Below are positions 1 to 9,918 of a stretch of 64,000 nt of DNA, piece after piece. Position numbers and translations under genes: made by a program. Every line of letters starts with the position of its first letter. Positions within the stretch are counted from its first letter, which is position 1. Source of the DNA: Eubacteriales bacterium (GTDB lineage: Bacteria > Bacillota > Clostridia > Oscillospirales > CAG-272); assembly GCA_045644805.1 (NCBI GenBank), contig JAZRHO010000043.1, positions 4,193-68,192 of the forward strand, read 5' to 3'. The notes under the pieces were generated by a model. It was not told the DNA's origin, ran no database searches, and saw only the letters and a list, made by a program, of their open reading frames with translations.

Positions 1-350
1 TTGCTTTTTTTGCTGCCGTTATTGCAACGACAGCGGTTATGCTAATACTTAATATTTTTGTTACGCCGCTTTATCTTATTAAGATGCTCGGAATGCCAAA
101 GACAGTGGCAACAGAAACGGTTATGGGTATGCTTGCGAAGATTCTTTTACCCTTCAACTCAGCGAAGGCTCTTTTGAATAGCGCAGTAGCGATGCTGTTA
201 TATAAACCGCTGACAGTCGCGCTTTCAAAAGCAAGTATCATAGAAATGAAGGCAAAGAGTCTCTCTTTTAATAAGTATTCGGTTATAATATTGATAGTTG
301 GAACGCTTGCGCTTATAACGTCGATAACTGTGTTCCTTTTGATAAGCTGA
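1..350 (+). CDS. ECF transporter S component, 5'-truncated by the window edge
   Basis: Hydrophobic C-terminal part with N..TP.Y and ILLPFNSAKALLNS..LLYKPL pattern typical of ECF S components. Confidence 0.7.
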   Translation, partial: AFFAAVIATTAVMLILNIFVTPLYLIKMLGMPKTVATETVMGMLAKILLPFNSAKALLNSAVAMLLYKPLTVALSKASIIEMKAKSLSFNKYSVIILIVGTLALITSITVFLLIS

Positions 351-406
351 CAGTTTAAAAAGTTAGTATTATAAAATCTGAAAAATTGACCCTTAGTGTC
401 TGAAAT

Positions 407-452
407 AAAAAATCCCGATGTGCTCTCAAAACGAGAGCCTCGGGATTTTTTT
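407..452. terminator. Bidirectional intrinsic terminator
   Basis: aaaaaatcccga...tcgggattttttt inverted repeat between convergent genes. Confidence 0.8.
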
Positions 453-473
453 ATAAATTTAACACGTAAAAAA

Positions 474-1451
474 TTACATTAACATTATTATCAGCGGCAT
501 TGTAACGATTGAAAGAATTGTCGATACAGTAACAAGTCTTGAAACATATGCAGAATCGCAGTCATATTTTTCGGCAAACATAGTTGCTGATGATGCCGCA
601 GGAGCGGAAGCAAGAATAACCACGACCATAGAAACTACATATGGAACTTCAAGTCCTATTAATCCAAGGAGCTTTATTAATGCAATGATTATTCCGGGAA
701 GAATAAAGTGACGCATTGATAAAAACAAATACATATACTTGTCTTTAAAAATACCGGAGAGATCTATGTCGGCAATACGTATTCCTATAACAACCATTGA
801 AAGAGGAGCGACCAGATTTTTTAGCATTATCAATGACTCTGTCATCAATTTTGGAATGTATCCGTCAATTGGCAGTATAAAGAATAAAAGACCGAGCAGT
901 GCTGCTATTGTTACGGGGTGAATAATCGCCTTGGAAAAGGATGCTTTTTTGACTTCGTGATGGTCATCAATACCGTTTTCATTCTCGTCACGGCCCTTGT
1001 TGCATATCAATACACCGATAGACCAAAGGAACAAATTGAAGGTTATATTGTATATAGATGCGTAGAGAGTAGCTCCGGGATAGCTTTCCTCAAGAACAGC
1101 AGCAATAAGCGGAATTCCCATAAATGCCGCATTTGAGAAGATAGTCGCGAAACGTAGCATGCGCTGCCTTTCGTCCGGAGTTCTCTTGTACATAACCCAT
1201 GATGCAGCTGTAAATATACTATGTGCTACTATTGAAAAGGCAAAAACATATAGTGAGTTTATAAGTATTTCCTTGTCAAAAGGTTTTAGATAGGCAAGGA
1301 AAATAAGAGCCGGCTGTGCTATATAAAGCACAAGATTTGACAGACCTTTACTAAATCCGTCGGAAATCATATTGCATTTTTTTAAAATAATACCCGGCAC
1401 CATCATTACAAACAAAAGCGCAACGTTATATATTATCTGAGAAACTATCAT
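474..1451 (-). CDS. AEC (auxin efflux carrier) family transporter
   Basis: Multi-TM 325 aa; FSNAAFMGIPL, PLSMVVIG and APAASSATMFAEKY motifs. Confidence 0.88.
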   Translation of the reverse strand: MIVSQIIYNVALLFVMMVPGIILKKCNMISDGFSKGLSNLVLYIAQPALIFLAYLKPFDKEILINSLYVFAFSIVAHSIFTAASWVMYKRTPDERQRMLRFATIFSNAAFMGIPLIAAVLEESYPGATLYASIYNITFNLFLWSIGVLICNKGRDENENGIDDHHEVKKASFSKAIIHPVTIAALLGLLFFILPIDGYIPKLMTESLIMLKNLVAPLSMVVIGIRIADIDLSGIFKDKYMYLFLSMRHFILPGIIIALIKLLGLIGLEVPYVVSMVVVILASAPAASSATMFAEKYDCDSAYVSRLVTVSTILSIVTMPLIIMLM

Positions 1452-1471
1452 ATTAATTACAAAAACTTTCT

Positions 1472-2173
1472 TTAGTATTCACGGCAAAATGCCTTTGTGA
1501 TTTCTATACTGTTAGCTGCCGCAATAGTAAGAAACTCCATATAATCCATAGAGCTTCCTTCGTCAGCAGAGTCGGAAATTGCGCGTATAACACAGCACGG
1601 GGTACCGTTAACGTAAGCTACATGAGCTATTGCCGCGCCCTCCATTTCGCAAACGTCAGCAGAAAATTCTTTCTTTATATAATCCTTTTTTTCTTTGTCC
1701 GAAACAAAAAGGTCGCCTGATGCAATTGTTCCCGTATGGCAGGTTATCGAAAGTTCCTTTGCGGCCTGCCTTACTATCTGACGTGCCCTTTTGTCGGTTT
1801 CAAAGTATATAACGTTTATACCCGAAATCAATCCCTTGGGATCTCCCAGTGCAGAGGTGTCCATATCGTGTTGAACGAGTTTTTCCGCAACAACGACATC
1901 GCCCACCTTTATGCCCGTCGCGAGCCCTCCACCGACACCTGTGTTAATAATAATCGATGGGGAGTAGGTAAGTATCATCGCTTCTGTGCAGAGTGCCGCA
2001 AACACCTTGCCTATTCCGCATCTTGCAATAGAAACGAGCTTTCCTTCGAGTGTTCCTACGTGAAACGTTATAGATCCGGCTGTTTCCTCCTTGTGCTCTT
2101 TAAGAGAAGCAATAAGAGCGTCTACCTCTGTGTCCATAGCACCGATGATGCCTATGTCAACCTTTATTTTCAT
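1472..2173 (-). CDS. mtnN: 5'-methylthioadenosine/S-adenosylhomocysteine nucleosidase
   Basis: IGIIGAM..E, CGIGKV.AA, EMEGAAIAHV and RAISDSAD motifs. Confidence 0.95.
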   Translation of the reverse strand: MKIKVDIGIIGAMDTEVDALIASLKEHKEETAGSITFHVGTLEGKLVSIARCGIGKVFAALCTEAMILTYSPSIIINTGVGGGLATGIKVGDVVVAEKLVQHDMDTSALGDPKGLISGINVIYFETDKRARQIVRQAAKELSITCHTGTIASGDLFVSDKEKKDYIKKEFSADVCEMEGAAIAHVAYVNGTPCCVIRAISDSADEGSSMDYMEFLTIAAANSIEITKAFCREY

Positions 2174-2185
2174 TTTTTGACTCCT

Positions 2186-2662
2186 TTATGTGGTTGGATA
2201 ATCAAATCTTTTGGGATTGCAATGAAGAGTTTTAAGATATATTTCACATTCTTTTTTTGCTGCATTGAGACTAAGGTTCTTGTAATTGCCGCATTCCTTG
2301 CGCACTGCTCCAAACATTTCGCCGTCGTGGTTTATAATTTTTTCAAGCACGCGGATAATAGTGTTATAAACAGTCTCTTTTGATGTATCGCGAACCAAAA
2401 GATAAAAACCTGTCTGGCAACCCATAGGTCCGAAATATATTACTTTATCGGATATTTCGCTGTTTCGTATAAAAGTAGCAAACATATGCTCTACAGAGTG
2501 CATTGTGATATTATCCATATAATCGCCTGCGTTCGGCTTTCTTGTTCTGAGATCGTACGTTGTGATATCTCCGTCTATTCTGGAAATATAAATACCCGGC
2601 ACAATATAATCATGATCAACTGAAAATGAAGCTATTCTGGATATATCTTTTTTTGAATTCAT
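2186..2662 (-). CDS. luxS: S-ribosylhomocysteine lyase (AI-2 synthase)
   Basis: SFSVDH, HSVEH (HxxEH), GPMGCQTGFY and CGNY motifs. Confidence 0.96.
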   Translation of the reverse strand: MNSKKDISRIASFSVDHDYIVPGIYISRIDGDITTYDLRTRKPNAGDYMDNITMHSVEHMFATFIRNSEISDKVIYFGPMGCQTGFYLLVRDTSKETVYNTIIRVLEKIINHDGEMFGAVRKECGNYKNLSLNAAKKECEIYLKTLHCNPKRFDYPTT

Positions 2663-2688
2663 ATTTTACTCCTTTAAAAGATTGAATT

Positions 2689-2722
2689 CGCCTAAAAGCG
2701 ATGAAAACAAAGCTTTTAGGCG
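2689..2722 (-). terminator. Hairpin downstream of glyQS
   Basis: cgcctaaaagc...gcttttaggcg 11-bp inverted repeat. Confidence 0.55.
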
Positions 2723-2767
2723 CCTTCAATTTGTTTTTAGGAACGTTCTTGCTGATTGAATATAAAA

Positions 2768-4159
2768 TTAAAATTCGAGTCTTTCTTCGATGTATGACTT
2801 AACGTCGGAAATCGGAATTCTTACCTGTTCCATGGTATCTCTGTCACGAACTGTTACGCAACCGTCGTTCTCGCTCTCAAAGTCGTATGTGATGCAGAAG
2901 GGAGTGCCTATTTCATCTTCGCGGCGGTATCTCTTACCTATTGATCCCGTCTCATCAAAATCAACAGCGAAATACTTAGCAAGAGAATCGTAAACCTCAA
3001 GCGCCTTATCGGAAAGCTTCTTTGAGAGAGGAAGTATCGCAGCTTTATAGGGTGCAAGCGCGGGATGAAGGTGAAGAACAACTCTTGTATCTCCTTCACC
3101 GAGCGTTTCTTCATCGTACGCGTCGACGAGGAACGCAAGCGCAACTCTGTCCGCACCAAGCGAGGGCTCTATAACGTAAGGTGTGTATCTTTCATTAGTT
3201 TCAGGATCGAAGTATTTCATATCCTTTCCTGAGAATTTCTCGTGCTGGCTGAGGTCATAATCTGTTCTGTCAGCAATGCCCCAAAGCTCACCCCATCCGA
3301 ATGGGAAGAGAAACTCGAAGTCTGTGGTGGCCTTTGAGTAGAAGCAAAGCTCTTCCGGGTCATGATCGCGAAGACGGAGATTTTCGTCCTTCATTCCGAG
3401 ATCAAGGAGGAATTTATGGCAGTAATCCTTCCAATATGCGAACCATTCAAGGTCTGTGCCGGGCTTGCAGAAGAATTCGAGCTCCATCTGTTCAAACTCA
3501 CGTGTTCTGAATGTAAAGTTACCCGGAGTAATTTCGTTTCTGAAGGATTTACCTATCTGAGCAATACCGAAGGGAAGCTTTTTTCTTGTAGTTCTCTGTG
3601 CTGCAGGGAAGTTTACGAAAATACCCTGAGCAGTTTCGGGACGAAGATAAACTGTGCTTGTAGAGTCCTCGGTAACACCTATAAAAGTTTTAAACATAAG
3701 ATTGAACTTCTTTATATCCGCAAAATCGCGTCCTCCGCAGATAGGGCAGGTAATATCCTTTTCTTTGATATAAGCCGCCATTTCCTCGAAGCTCCATGAT
3801 GCAGGATTGTCATTAAGACCGTTTGCAAATGCATAGTCCTCTATAAGCTTGTCCGCTCTGTGACGGGCCTTGCAGCCCTTGCAGTCCATAAGAGGGTCTG
3901 AAAATCCGCCAACGTGACCGGAAGCTACCCAAGCCTGGGGATTCATGATTATAGCGCTGTCAAGTCCTACGTTATAGCGCGATTGCTGTACAAATTTTTT
4001 CCACCAAGCGCGTTTCACGTTGTTCTTGAATTCAACACCTAAAGGACCGTAATCCCATGAGTTCGCAAGACCGCCGTAAATTTCCGAGCCGGGGAAGATG
4101 AAACCTCTGGTCTTGCACAGAGCAACTATTTTGTCCATTGTCTTTTTGCTGTTTTCCAT
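2768..4159 (-). CDS. glyQS: Glycine--tRNA ligase (homodimeric type)
   Basis: YDYGPLG-like [34 protein letters not shown] and SIGKRYRR motifs. Confidence 0.97.
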   Translation of the reverse strand: MENSKKTMDKIVALCKTRGFIFPGSEIYGGLANSWDYGPLGVEFKNNVKRAWWKKFVQQSRYNVGLDSAIIMNPQAWVASGHVGGFSDPLMDCKGCKARHRADKLIEDYAFANGLNDNPASWSFEEMAAYIKEKDITCPICGGRDFADIKKFNLMFKTFIGVTEDSTSTVYLRPETAQGIFVNFPAAQRTTRKKLPFGIAQIGKSFRNEITPGNFTFRTREFEQMELEFFCKPGTDLEWFAYWKDYCHKFLLDLGMKDENLRLRDHDPEELCFYSKATTDFEFLFPFGWGELWGIADRTDYDLSQHEKFSGKDMKYFDPETNERYTPYVIEPSLGADRVALAFLVDAYDEETLGEGDTRVVLHLHPALAPYKAAILPLSKKLSDKALEVYDSLAKYFAVDFDETGSIGKRYRREDEIGTPFCITYDFESENDGCVTVRDRDTMEQVRIPISDVKSYIEERLEF

Positions 4160-4195
4160 TTTATATCTCCGTTTTGTAAATAATTGTTATCAATT

Positions 4196-5512
4196 TTAAA
4201 TGATTCTGCCTTTTATTACACCATCGTCGAGGCTTTCAGGCATAATAGATTTAATCACGCCATGTAAATTTTCATCTGATTTGACCATAACCTCTACGAA
4301 GTTGTGCGAATGACCAAACCAAAAATCTCCGCGTTTCTCTTCAAATATGGATGGCAAAGCCTTTTGTGCTTTTACAATATCCAAAAGAACCTCGGTTTTA
4401 ATTTCGTTTACATATCGTATAAGCTCTTCGCTTCTTTGATGCTTTATACATTCCGAAACTTGATCGGGGTATTTCTCAGCGGGCGTGTTTTTTCTTTTTG
4501 AATATGCGAAAACATGCGCATCTAAAAATCTTGCTTCTTTTACGAAGCGAACCGTGTCAAGAAAATCCTCGTTGGTTTCTCCCGGAAATCCCACCATAAT
4601 GTCGGTTGTAAAGGTTGCATCGGGAAAGGTTTCACGTAATCTTTTGATTGTATCCAGCGCTGAAGCTCTGTTATATCGGCGCTTCATCGCGCGAAGTACT
4701 GAATCAGAACCGCTTTGGATTGAAAGATGAAAGTGAGGCGCAAGAATTTTTAAATCTTTGACCTTTTCAATGAAGTTTTTGCCTATAAGCTCCGGAGCGA
4801 GAGATCCGAGCCTTATGCGCTCAGCGCTTTTTCTGCTGTCAAGCTCACAAAGCAGATCCGCCAAGCGGTAATTATCTTTAAAATCAGCACCATAAGAGCC
4901 GGTTTCGATACCGGTAAGCACTATTTCGCGCACTCCGCTTTTTGACAGTGCTTCAACTTCGGATATGACATCTTCCTTTGCTTTTGACCGAACTCTTCCC
5001 CTGGCAGACGGAATAGCGCAATACGTGCATTTTGATTCGCATCCGTCTTCTATCTTAACATATACACGGGTACGGGGACCTTTGGTTATAGTCATTTTTT
5101 CAAAGGGCTCTGAGTCAATGTCTGTAACGTTAATATGCTTCTCGTTTTGTGAAAAGAGATGATCTGCTATATCGGCAAGCTTCATTTTGCCGGCAGATCC
5201 TATAACAGCGTCTACATCCGGAATAGAACTTACTTCTTCGGGGGAGCGTTGTGAATAGCATCCGCAGACAAGCACCTTTGCACTCGGATTCCTTTTCTTT
5301 GCGCGTCGAATTATCTGCCGCGATTTTCTGTCGGCCTCAGCGGTTACGGTACACGTGTTTATAACGTAGACATCACATTCACGCGAAAAATCCGCAATCT
5401 CATATCCGTGTGCTTCAAAACTCTCTGCAATAGCCTGTGTTTCATACTGTGAAACCTTGCATCCAAGAGTATAAAAACCGACACGCCTTGTCGGGTATGC
5501 GCTATTTGTCAC
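4196..5512 (-). CDS. mtaB: tRNA t6A37 methylthiotransferase
   Basis: TLGCKVSQYE, INTCTVTAEAD and radical SAM motif GCESKCTYC. Confidence 0.93.
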   Translation of the reverse strand: MTNSAYPTRRVGFYTLGCKVSQYETQAIAESFEAHGYEIADFSRECDVYVINTCTVTAEADRKSRQIIRRAKKRNPSAKVLVCGCYSQRSPEEVSSIPDVDAVIGSAGKMKLADIADHLFSQNEKHINVTDIDSEPFEKMTITKGPRTRVYVKIEDGCESKCTYCAIPSARGRVRSKAKEDVISEVEALSKSGVREIVLTGIETGSYGADFKDNYRLADLLCELDSRKSAERIRLGSLAPELIGKNFIEKVKDLKILAPHFHLSIQSGSDSVLRAMKRRYNRASALDTIKRLRETFPDATFTTDIMVGFPGETNEDFLDTVRFVKEARFLDAHVFAYSKRKNTPAEKYPDQVSECIKHQRSEELIRYVNEIKTEVLLDIVKAQKALPSIFEEKRGDFWFGHSHNFVEVMVKSDENLHGVIKSIMPESLDDGVIKGRII

Positions 5513-6066
5513 TTTGAATAGACCTCTGGCTTTAAGATTCCTACGAACGGAAGGGCGCGATACATTTCGGCATAATCAAGGCCGTAGCCTATAACGAATT
5601 CGTCGGGTATTTCTACACCGCAGTAATCGGGCGTAAAGCTTACTCTTCTGCGTGAGGGCTTGTCAAGAAGCGTGCATGTTTTAACACTCTTTGCTCCCTT
5701 GAGCGCAAGATATTTTGTAAGATGCGAAAGAGTAATACCGCTGTCTATAATATCTTCAATAATCAAAAAGTCACAGGTATCAATATCAGGTCTGAGAAGG
5801 TCAAGAGCGATATGTATCTGACCGGTTGATGCAGTTCCCACACCGTAAGATGAAACCTTCATGCAATCTATTTCGACGGGCACGGTTATTTTCTTCATCA
5901 GGTCACCCATGAACACGAGAGAACCTTTGAGAATGCATACCAGAACCAGCTTTTTATCAGAACCGCTGTAATCGCGGTCTATTTCTTTTGCTATTCTTGT
6001 AACTATTCTGTCAAGTTCGTCTTCACTTATCATAATTTCTTTGATATCGTCCTTGATGTTCTTCAT
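5509..6066 (-). CDS. hpt: Hypoxanthine phosphoribosyltransferase
   Basis: ILKGS, IIEDIIDSGITL, LLDKPSRR and FVIGYGLDY motifs. Confidence 0.96.
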   Translation of the reverse strand: MKNIKDDIKEIMISEDELDRIVTRIAKEIDRDYSGSDKKLVLVCILKGSLVFMGDLMKKITVPVEIDCMKVSSYGVGTASTGQIHIALDLLRPDIDTCDFLIIEDIIDSGITLSHLTKYLALKGAKSVKTCTLLDKPSRRRVSFTPDYCGVEIPDEFVIGYGLDYAEMYRALPFVGILKPEVYSK

Positions 6067-6103
6067 TATAGCAAATCCTTACCATTCTAAGTTTGATTTA
6101 TAT

Positions 6104-6132
6104 ATTTTATCATAAAGCTTTGATAAAGTCAA
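6104..6132 (-). promoter_or_regulatory. Sigma-A promoter for hpt-mtaB-glyQS
   Basis: TTGACT-N17-TAAAAT on the minus strand. Confidence 0.65.
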
Positions 6133-6219
6133 CACCTTGTCAAAAAATGTATTCTGTCTTCAGCATCGTATGATGTAAATATCATAAAAATAAAATTAAA
6201 ATCACTTTTCAAAAAACAC

Positions 6220-6248
6220 TTGACAAACTTAAAAAATTGTTATATAAT
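6220..6248 (+). promoter_or_regulatory. Consensus sigma-A promoter of rpmH
   Basis: TTGACA-N17-TATAAT, perfect consensus. Confidence 0.88.
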
Positions 6249-6321
6249 ATATTCTGCTTTCGTATGGTCGTCTGAAGTGTACGAAAAAAGACGTTAGTAA
6301 TTCAACAAGGAGGTGCAGATC

Positions 6322-6456
6322 GTGAAAAGAACATATCAGCCTAAGAAGAGACAGAGAAAAAAGGAACATGGCTTTAGAAAAAGAATGGCTACAGCTAATG
6401 GTAGAAAAGTTCTTAAGAGAAGACGCGCCAAGGGTAGAGCTCGTCTCACCTATTAA
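6322..6456 (+). CDS. rpmH: 50S ribosomal protein L34 (below the ORF-track cutoff)
   Basis: AAGGAGGT RBS, GTG start; [44 protein letters not shown]. Confidence 0.98.
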   Translation: MKRTYQPKKRQRKKEHGFRKRMATANGRKVLKRRRAKGRARLTY

Positions 6457-6491
6457 TTCGGTCACATAGTTGGAAGTGACATACAAATCCT

Positions 6492-6530
6492 CCGATAAGC
6501 AGCGCTCTTAAGTGCATTATCGGGGTTTTT
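6492..6530 (+). terminator. Hairpin plus U-tract between rpmH and rnpA
   Basis: ccgataa...ttatcgg followed by ttttt. Confidence 0.55.
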
Positions 6531-6564
6531 GTTTAATAAGGATTTTCACTTTGCGGAGGCAAAA

Positions 6565-6942
6565 ATGAAATTCAGAGCAATAAAGGAAAATCATCTTTTC
6601 GGGAAAGCGTATAATAAAGGCAAAAGAGCGGTGACGTCGGCTCTTGCAGTTTATATATTACCTGACTACGCGGCGAAAAGGCTTGAAAGAAGCGACACCA
6701 GAAAGCAACTGAAAAACCGTTACGGAATAACGGTATCTACAAGAGTAGGCGGTGCTGTTGTAAGAAGCAGATGCCGAAGAATTATCCGCGAGGGACTCGC
6801 AGCTATTGAGAAAAAAGGTAATCTTAAGACAGGATATCTTGTTGTAATAGCGGCAAGGAGCGCCCTTGTAAAAATGAAAAGCACGCACGTTGAGCGTGAG
6901 CTGGATGCGGCTTTTTCGAAACTCGGAATTTATAAACAATGA
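6565..6942 (+). CDS. rnpA: Ribonuclease P protein component
   Basis: [21 protein letters not shown] (RNR-like motif); synteny; GGAGG RBS before ATG 6565. Confidence 0.93.
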   Translation: MKFRAIKENHLFGKAYNKGKRAVTSALAVYILPDYAAKRLERSDTRKQLKNRYGITVSTRVGGAVVRSRCRRIIREGLAAIEKKGNLKTGYLVVIAARSALVKMKSTHVERELDAAFSKLGIYKQ

Positions 6943-7286
6943 AATATGTGATGATAGGTTTGGTAAAATTTTACCAAAAATTCATTTCTCCTCTCAAACC
7001 GACCTGCTGCAGGTTTACTCCGACCTGCTCTGCCTATGCTATTGAAGCATTTAAAAAACGAGGCTTTTTCGTAGGTTTTATACTCATGGTATGGAGAATT
7101 TTGAGGTGTAATCCCTTTTGCAAAGGCGGTTATGACCCTGTTCCCGAACGAGGACTTAGAAACCCGAAGCGCAGACTAGAGGAGAATGACTCCGAGGAGA
7201 ACGGCTCCGAATATATTGATTCGGAAATTGAGCAATCAGAAAATATTAAAACAGAAAAGGAAATATCAAATGACAAAGAGACATAA
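6939..7286 (+). CDS. yidD: Membrane protein insertion efficiency factor
   Basis: [18 protein letters not shown] and [14 protein letters not shown] motifs. Confidence 0.95.
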   Translation: MKYVMIGLVKFYQKFISPLKPTCCRFTPTCSAYAIEAFKKRGFFVGFILMVWRILRCNPFCKGGYDPVPERGLRNPKRRLEENDSEENGSEYIDSEIEQSENIKTEKEISNDKET

Positions 7287-8820
7287 TAAAAGGTTACACA
7301 GAGTTGTATCCTTGTTTGTCATGATTTTTATCATAGCAACCGCAATATTCACTCTTTCCGCATGCTCCGGTAGCAAAAAGATCGAAGCGCAGGGTGATAA
7401 GGAAAGTGATATTGAATTCGTTGCCCGTGTTGTGGCTTCAAATGAAACCTTAAAGCTCAGGTTTGTCGCCGCTTCCCGCGGATATGATACCTCGGCAGAG
7501 AGCTTTGATGATTCGAAAATTGATAATATGGTTTCCAAAGCCCCCGACGTAGAAGCGGCTAAAGCCGCTCTTGCGGAAATTATTGATGACAGCAAATTTA
7601 AAAAGAGCGAAAGCAGAGATTTTCTAAACAGCTTTAATGAAACTCTCACCGCGGGTCAGATTCTTGAAATCGTTGATGAAATGAGTGTAGAGTACGACCT
7701 TGACGTTGAGCACGGATTCTTTGAATATATTCTTGTGGGTATAGGAAAAGCGCTTGGCTGGATGACGAAAATATTCGGTCAGCAGTACATTGTGGCTATT
7801 TTGGTATTCGCTCTTGTTGTGGAAATACTTATGCTTCCCGTATCTATTAAGCAACAGAAGAATTCGGTAGGCATGGCAAAGCTCCGTCCTAAGATGGCGA
7901 AGATAGAGAAGAAGTATGCCGGAAGGACCGATCAAGCGACCTTACGTAAAAAGCAGGAAGAAATAATGGCGCTTCAAAAAGCAGAGGGATACAGTCCCTT
8001 CTCCGGCTGCCTGCCTCTTCTCCTTCAGCTTATTATAGTAGGTTTCATTCTCTATCCTATTATTCAAAACCCACTTCGGTATATGCTTGACACTTCAACA
8101 GGCTTCTCCGAAGCATTGCTTTCTTATGCAACTTCATCGAAAGCTTTGGGTGGTCTTGGACTCACACTCAGCTCGAAGAGCAACGTAATTGAGCTCCTTT
8201 CAATACTCAATGCCGAAAACATTCAAGGCATTAAGACCTTCCCTCTCATTGCGAACGGTAATGCATGCTATGAGGCGTTTATGAGTCTTAGCATTCCTAA
8301 CTTTGCACTTTGGGGAATCAACCTCGGTAAAGTACCGCAGATACTTGATATTCTCGTTATCGTTCCTATCCTTAACGTTGTGCTTCAATGGGTATCCATG
8401 AAGCTTACGAGAAAATGGACAGGAAATACCATGGCTATGAGCGGTGCGGATGCTCAGACAAACGCATCTCTTAAGATGATGGACATAGTGATGCCTCTTA
8501 TGACACTCTTCATTATGTTCCAAGTGCCTGCGCTTATCGGTATATACTGGCTGTTCCGTTCTGCACTCTCTCTTCTTAAGCAATTTATTATGAAAACCGT
8601 TTTCCCGATTCCGACGTATACAGAAGAGGAAATTCGCGAAATGGAGAAGCTTGAGAAAGAACGTCAGAAAGCTGAAAAGGCAATTATCAAGTCTCAACCC
8701 AAATACCGTTCTCTTCATTATATAGATGAAGACGATTATGAGGAATTACCTGAGATTAAGTCAAAAAACAGCACAAGTAATAAAAATATTAGCTCGGATA
8801 AGCCGGAAATCAAAGATTAA
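7270..8820 (+). CDS. yidC: YidC/Oxa1 membrane protein insertase with lipoprotein-type N-terminus
   Basis: [18 protein letters not shown] and PALIGIYW motifs; LSAC lipobox; synteny; start codon inferred. Confidence 0.9.
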   Translation: MTKRHNKRLHRVVSLFVMIFIIATAIFTLSACSGSKKIEAQGDKESDIEFVARVVASNETLKLRFVAASRGYDTSAESFDDSKIDNMVSKAPDVEAAKAALAEIIDDSKFKKSESRDFLNSFNETLTAGQILEIVDEMSVEYDLDVEHGFFEYILVGIGKALGWMTKIFGQQYIVAILVFALVVEILMLPVSIKQQKNSVGMAKLRPKMAKIEKKYAGRTDQATLRKKQEEIMALQKAEGYSPFSGCLPLLLQLIIVGFILYPIIQNPLRYMLDTSTGFSEALLSYATSSKALGGLGLTLSSKSNVIELLSILNAENIQGIKTFPLIANGNACYEAFMSLSIPNFALWGINLGKVPQILDILVIVPILNVVLQWVSMKLTRKWTGNTMAMSGADAQTNASLKMMDIVMPLMTLFIMFQVPALIGIYWLFRSALSLLKQFIMKTVFPIPTYTEEEIREMEKLEKERQKAEKAIIKSQPKYRSLHYIDEDDYEELPEIKSKNSTSNKNISSDKPEIKD

Positions 8821-8846
8821 GCTTGACAAAAAAGAAAGGCATTATT

Positions 8847-9917
8847 ATGTTAAAAGAAATAATTGCAACAGGTAAAGATATTACCATAGCTAAAGAAAAC
8901 GCAAGAGCAGCCCTCGGCGCAGGTCCTCTTGATGATGTTAATTTTGAAATAATCGATCTTGGAAGCAAAGGATTCCTTGGATTTATGGCAAAGCCTGCCA
9001 AGGTAAAAGCAACCATCGAAATTCCTGATGTTCACGAGCCCCGCCAAAGAAAAGAGCGCCCTGTCAGAGAGAAGGACGCTAAAGCTGAAGGCGGCGAGGA
9101 AGCAGTAAAGGAAAACCGTGCTCCTAAGAACAACAATCATAAAAAGAACAATCGTAAGAAAAATGACAGTAAAAAGCCTCGCGATACCGAAATCGAAGTT
9201 AAGTCTGCAACGGTCGTAGAGCCGTTGAAGATGGAGCGACGTGAGGTCGCTGACGGAGAGGATATGTCTTACGAATTTGTAAAAACAGTTCTTTCCGACA
9301 TCGGACTTGATGCGTCGGCAGAGCTTTACGCTTGCGAAGACGGAACAAGAAGAATTGTTATTGTCGGAAACGATGCGTCAACGCTTATCGGTCATCACGG
9401 TGATACTCTTGATGCGCTTCAATATCTTGCGAACATTGCATCTTCGAGAAAAAATGTTAACGGTGAGCGCGACAAGAGCCGTGTTACTATCGATATTGAA
9501 GGATACAGAGCAAAGAGAGAAGAGACTCTCCGCGCACTTGCACGCCGTATGGCAGCTAAGGCACTTCGCAACAAAAGAAGTGTTATGCTTGAGCCTATGT
9601 CCGCTTATGAGAGAAGAATAATTCACTCTGAAATTCAAGGAATTGAAGGCGTTAGCACAAATTCCGTAGGCTCGGATTCGAACAGAAAAATCGTTATATT
9701 CCTTACTGATAAAAAGCCTCAGGGTATTTTTGAGGAAGAAGAAACCGTAACTTCGCTTAAGACAGAGTTTGCGAAGGACGCAGATGATGTAACCGAAAGC
9801 ATTGCGGCTGTTGAAGCACCTATAACTGTTGCTGAAGAAAGCGATAGCGAAACGGTTCTGCTTGAGCAGACTCATCCTGCCGAAGACTCCGTCGATGAAG
9901 ACGAAGATATCAAGTAA
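8847..9917 (+). CDS. jag: Jag/EloR RNA-binding protein (Jag-N, KH, R3H)
   Basis: LIGHHGDTLDALQYL (KH) and LEPMSAYERRIIH (R3H). Confidence 0.93.
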   Translation: MLKEIIATGKDITIAKENARAALGAGPLDDVNFEIIDLGSKGFLGFMAKPAKVKATIEIPDVHEPRQRKERPVREKDAKAEGGEEAVKENRAPKNNNHKKNNRKKNDSKKPRDTEIEVKSATVVEPLKMERREVADGEDMSYEFVKTVLSDIGLDASAELYACEDGTRRIVIVGNDASTLIGHHGDTLDALQYLANIASSRKNVNGERDKSRVTIDIEGYRAKREETLRALARRMAAKALRNKRSVMLEPMSAYERRIIHSEIQGIEGVSTNSVGSDSNRKIVIFLTDKKPQGIFEEEETVTSLKTEFAKDADDVTESIAAVEAPITVAEESDSETVLLEQTHPAEDSVDEDEDIK

Positions 9918-9918
9918 T

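Noticed and set aside
4160-4195. T-box leaders for glyQS and hisS
   Set aside because: glyQS has only a 36-nt gap and hisS overlaps mrnC, so there is no room for a T-box.
6229-6486. 85-aa minus-strand ORF in the ORF track
   Set aside because: It is the antisense shadow of rpmH.
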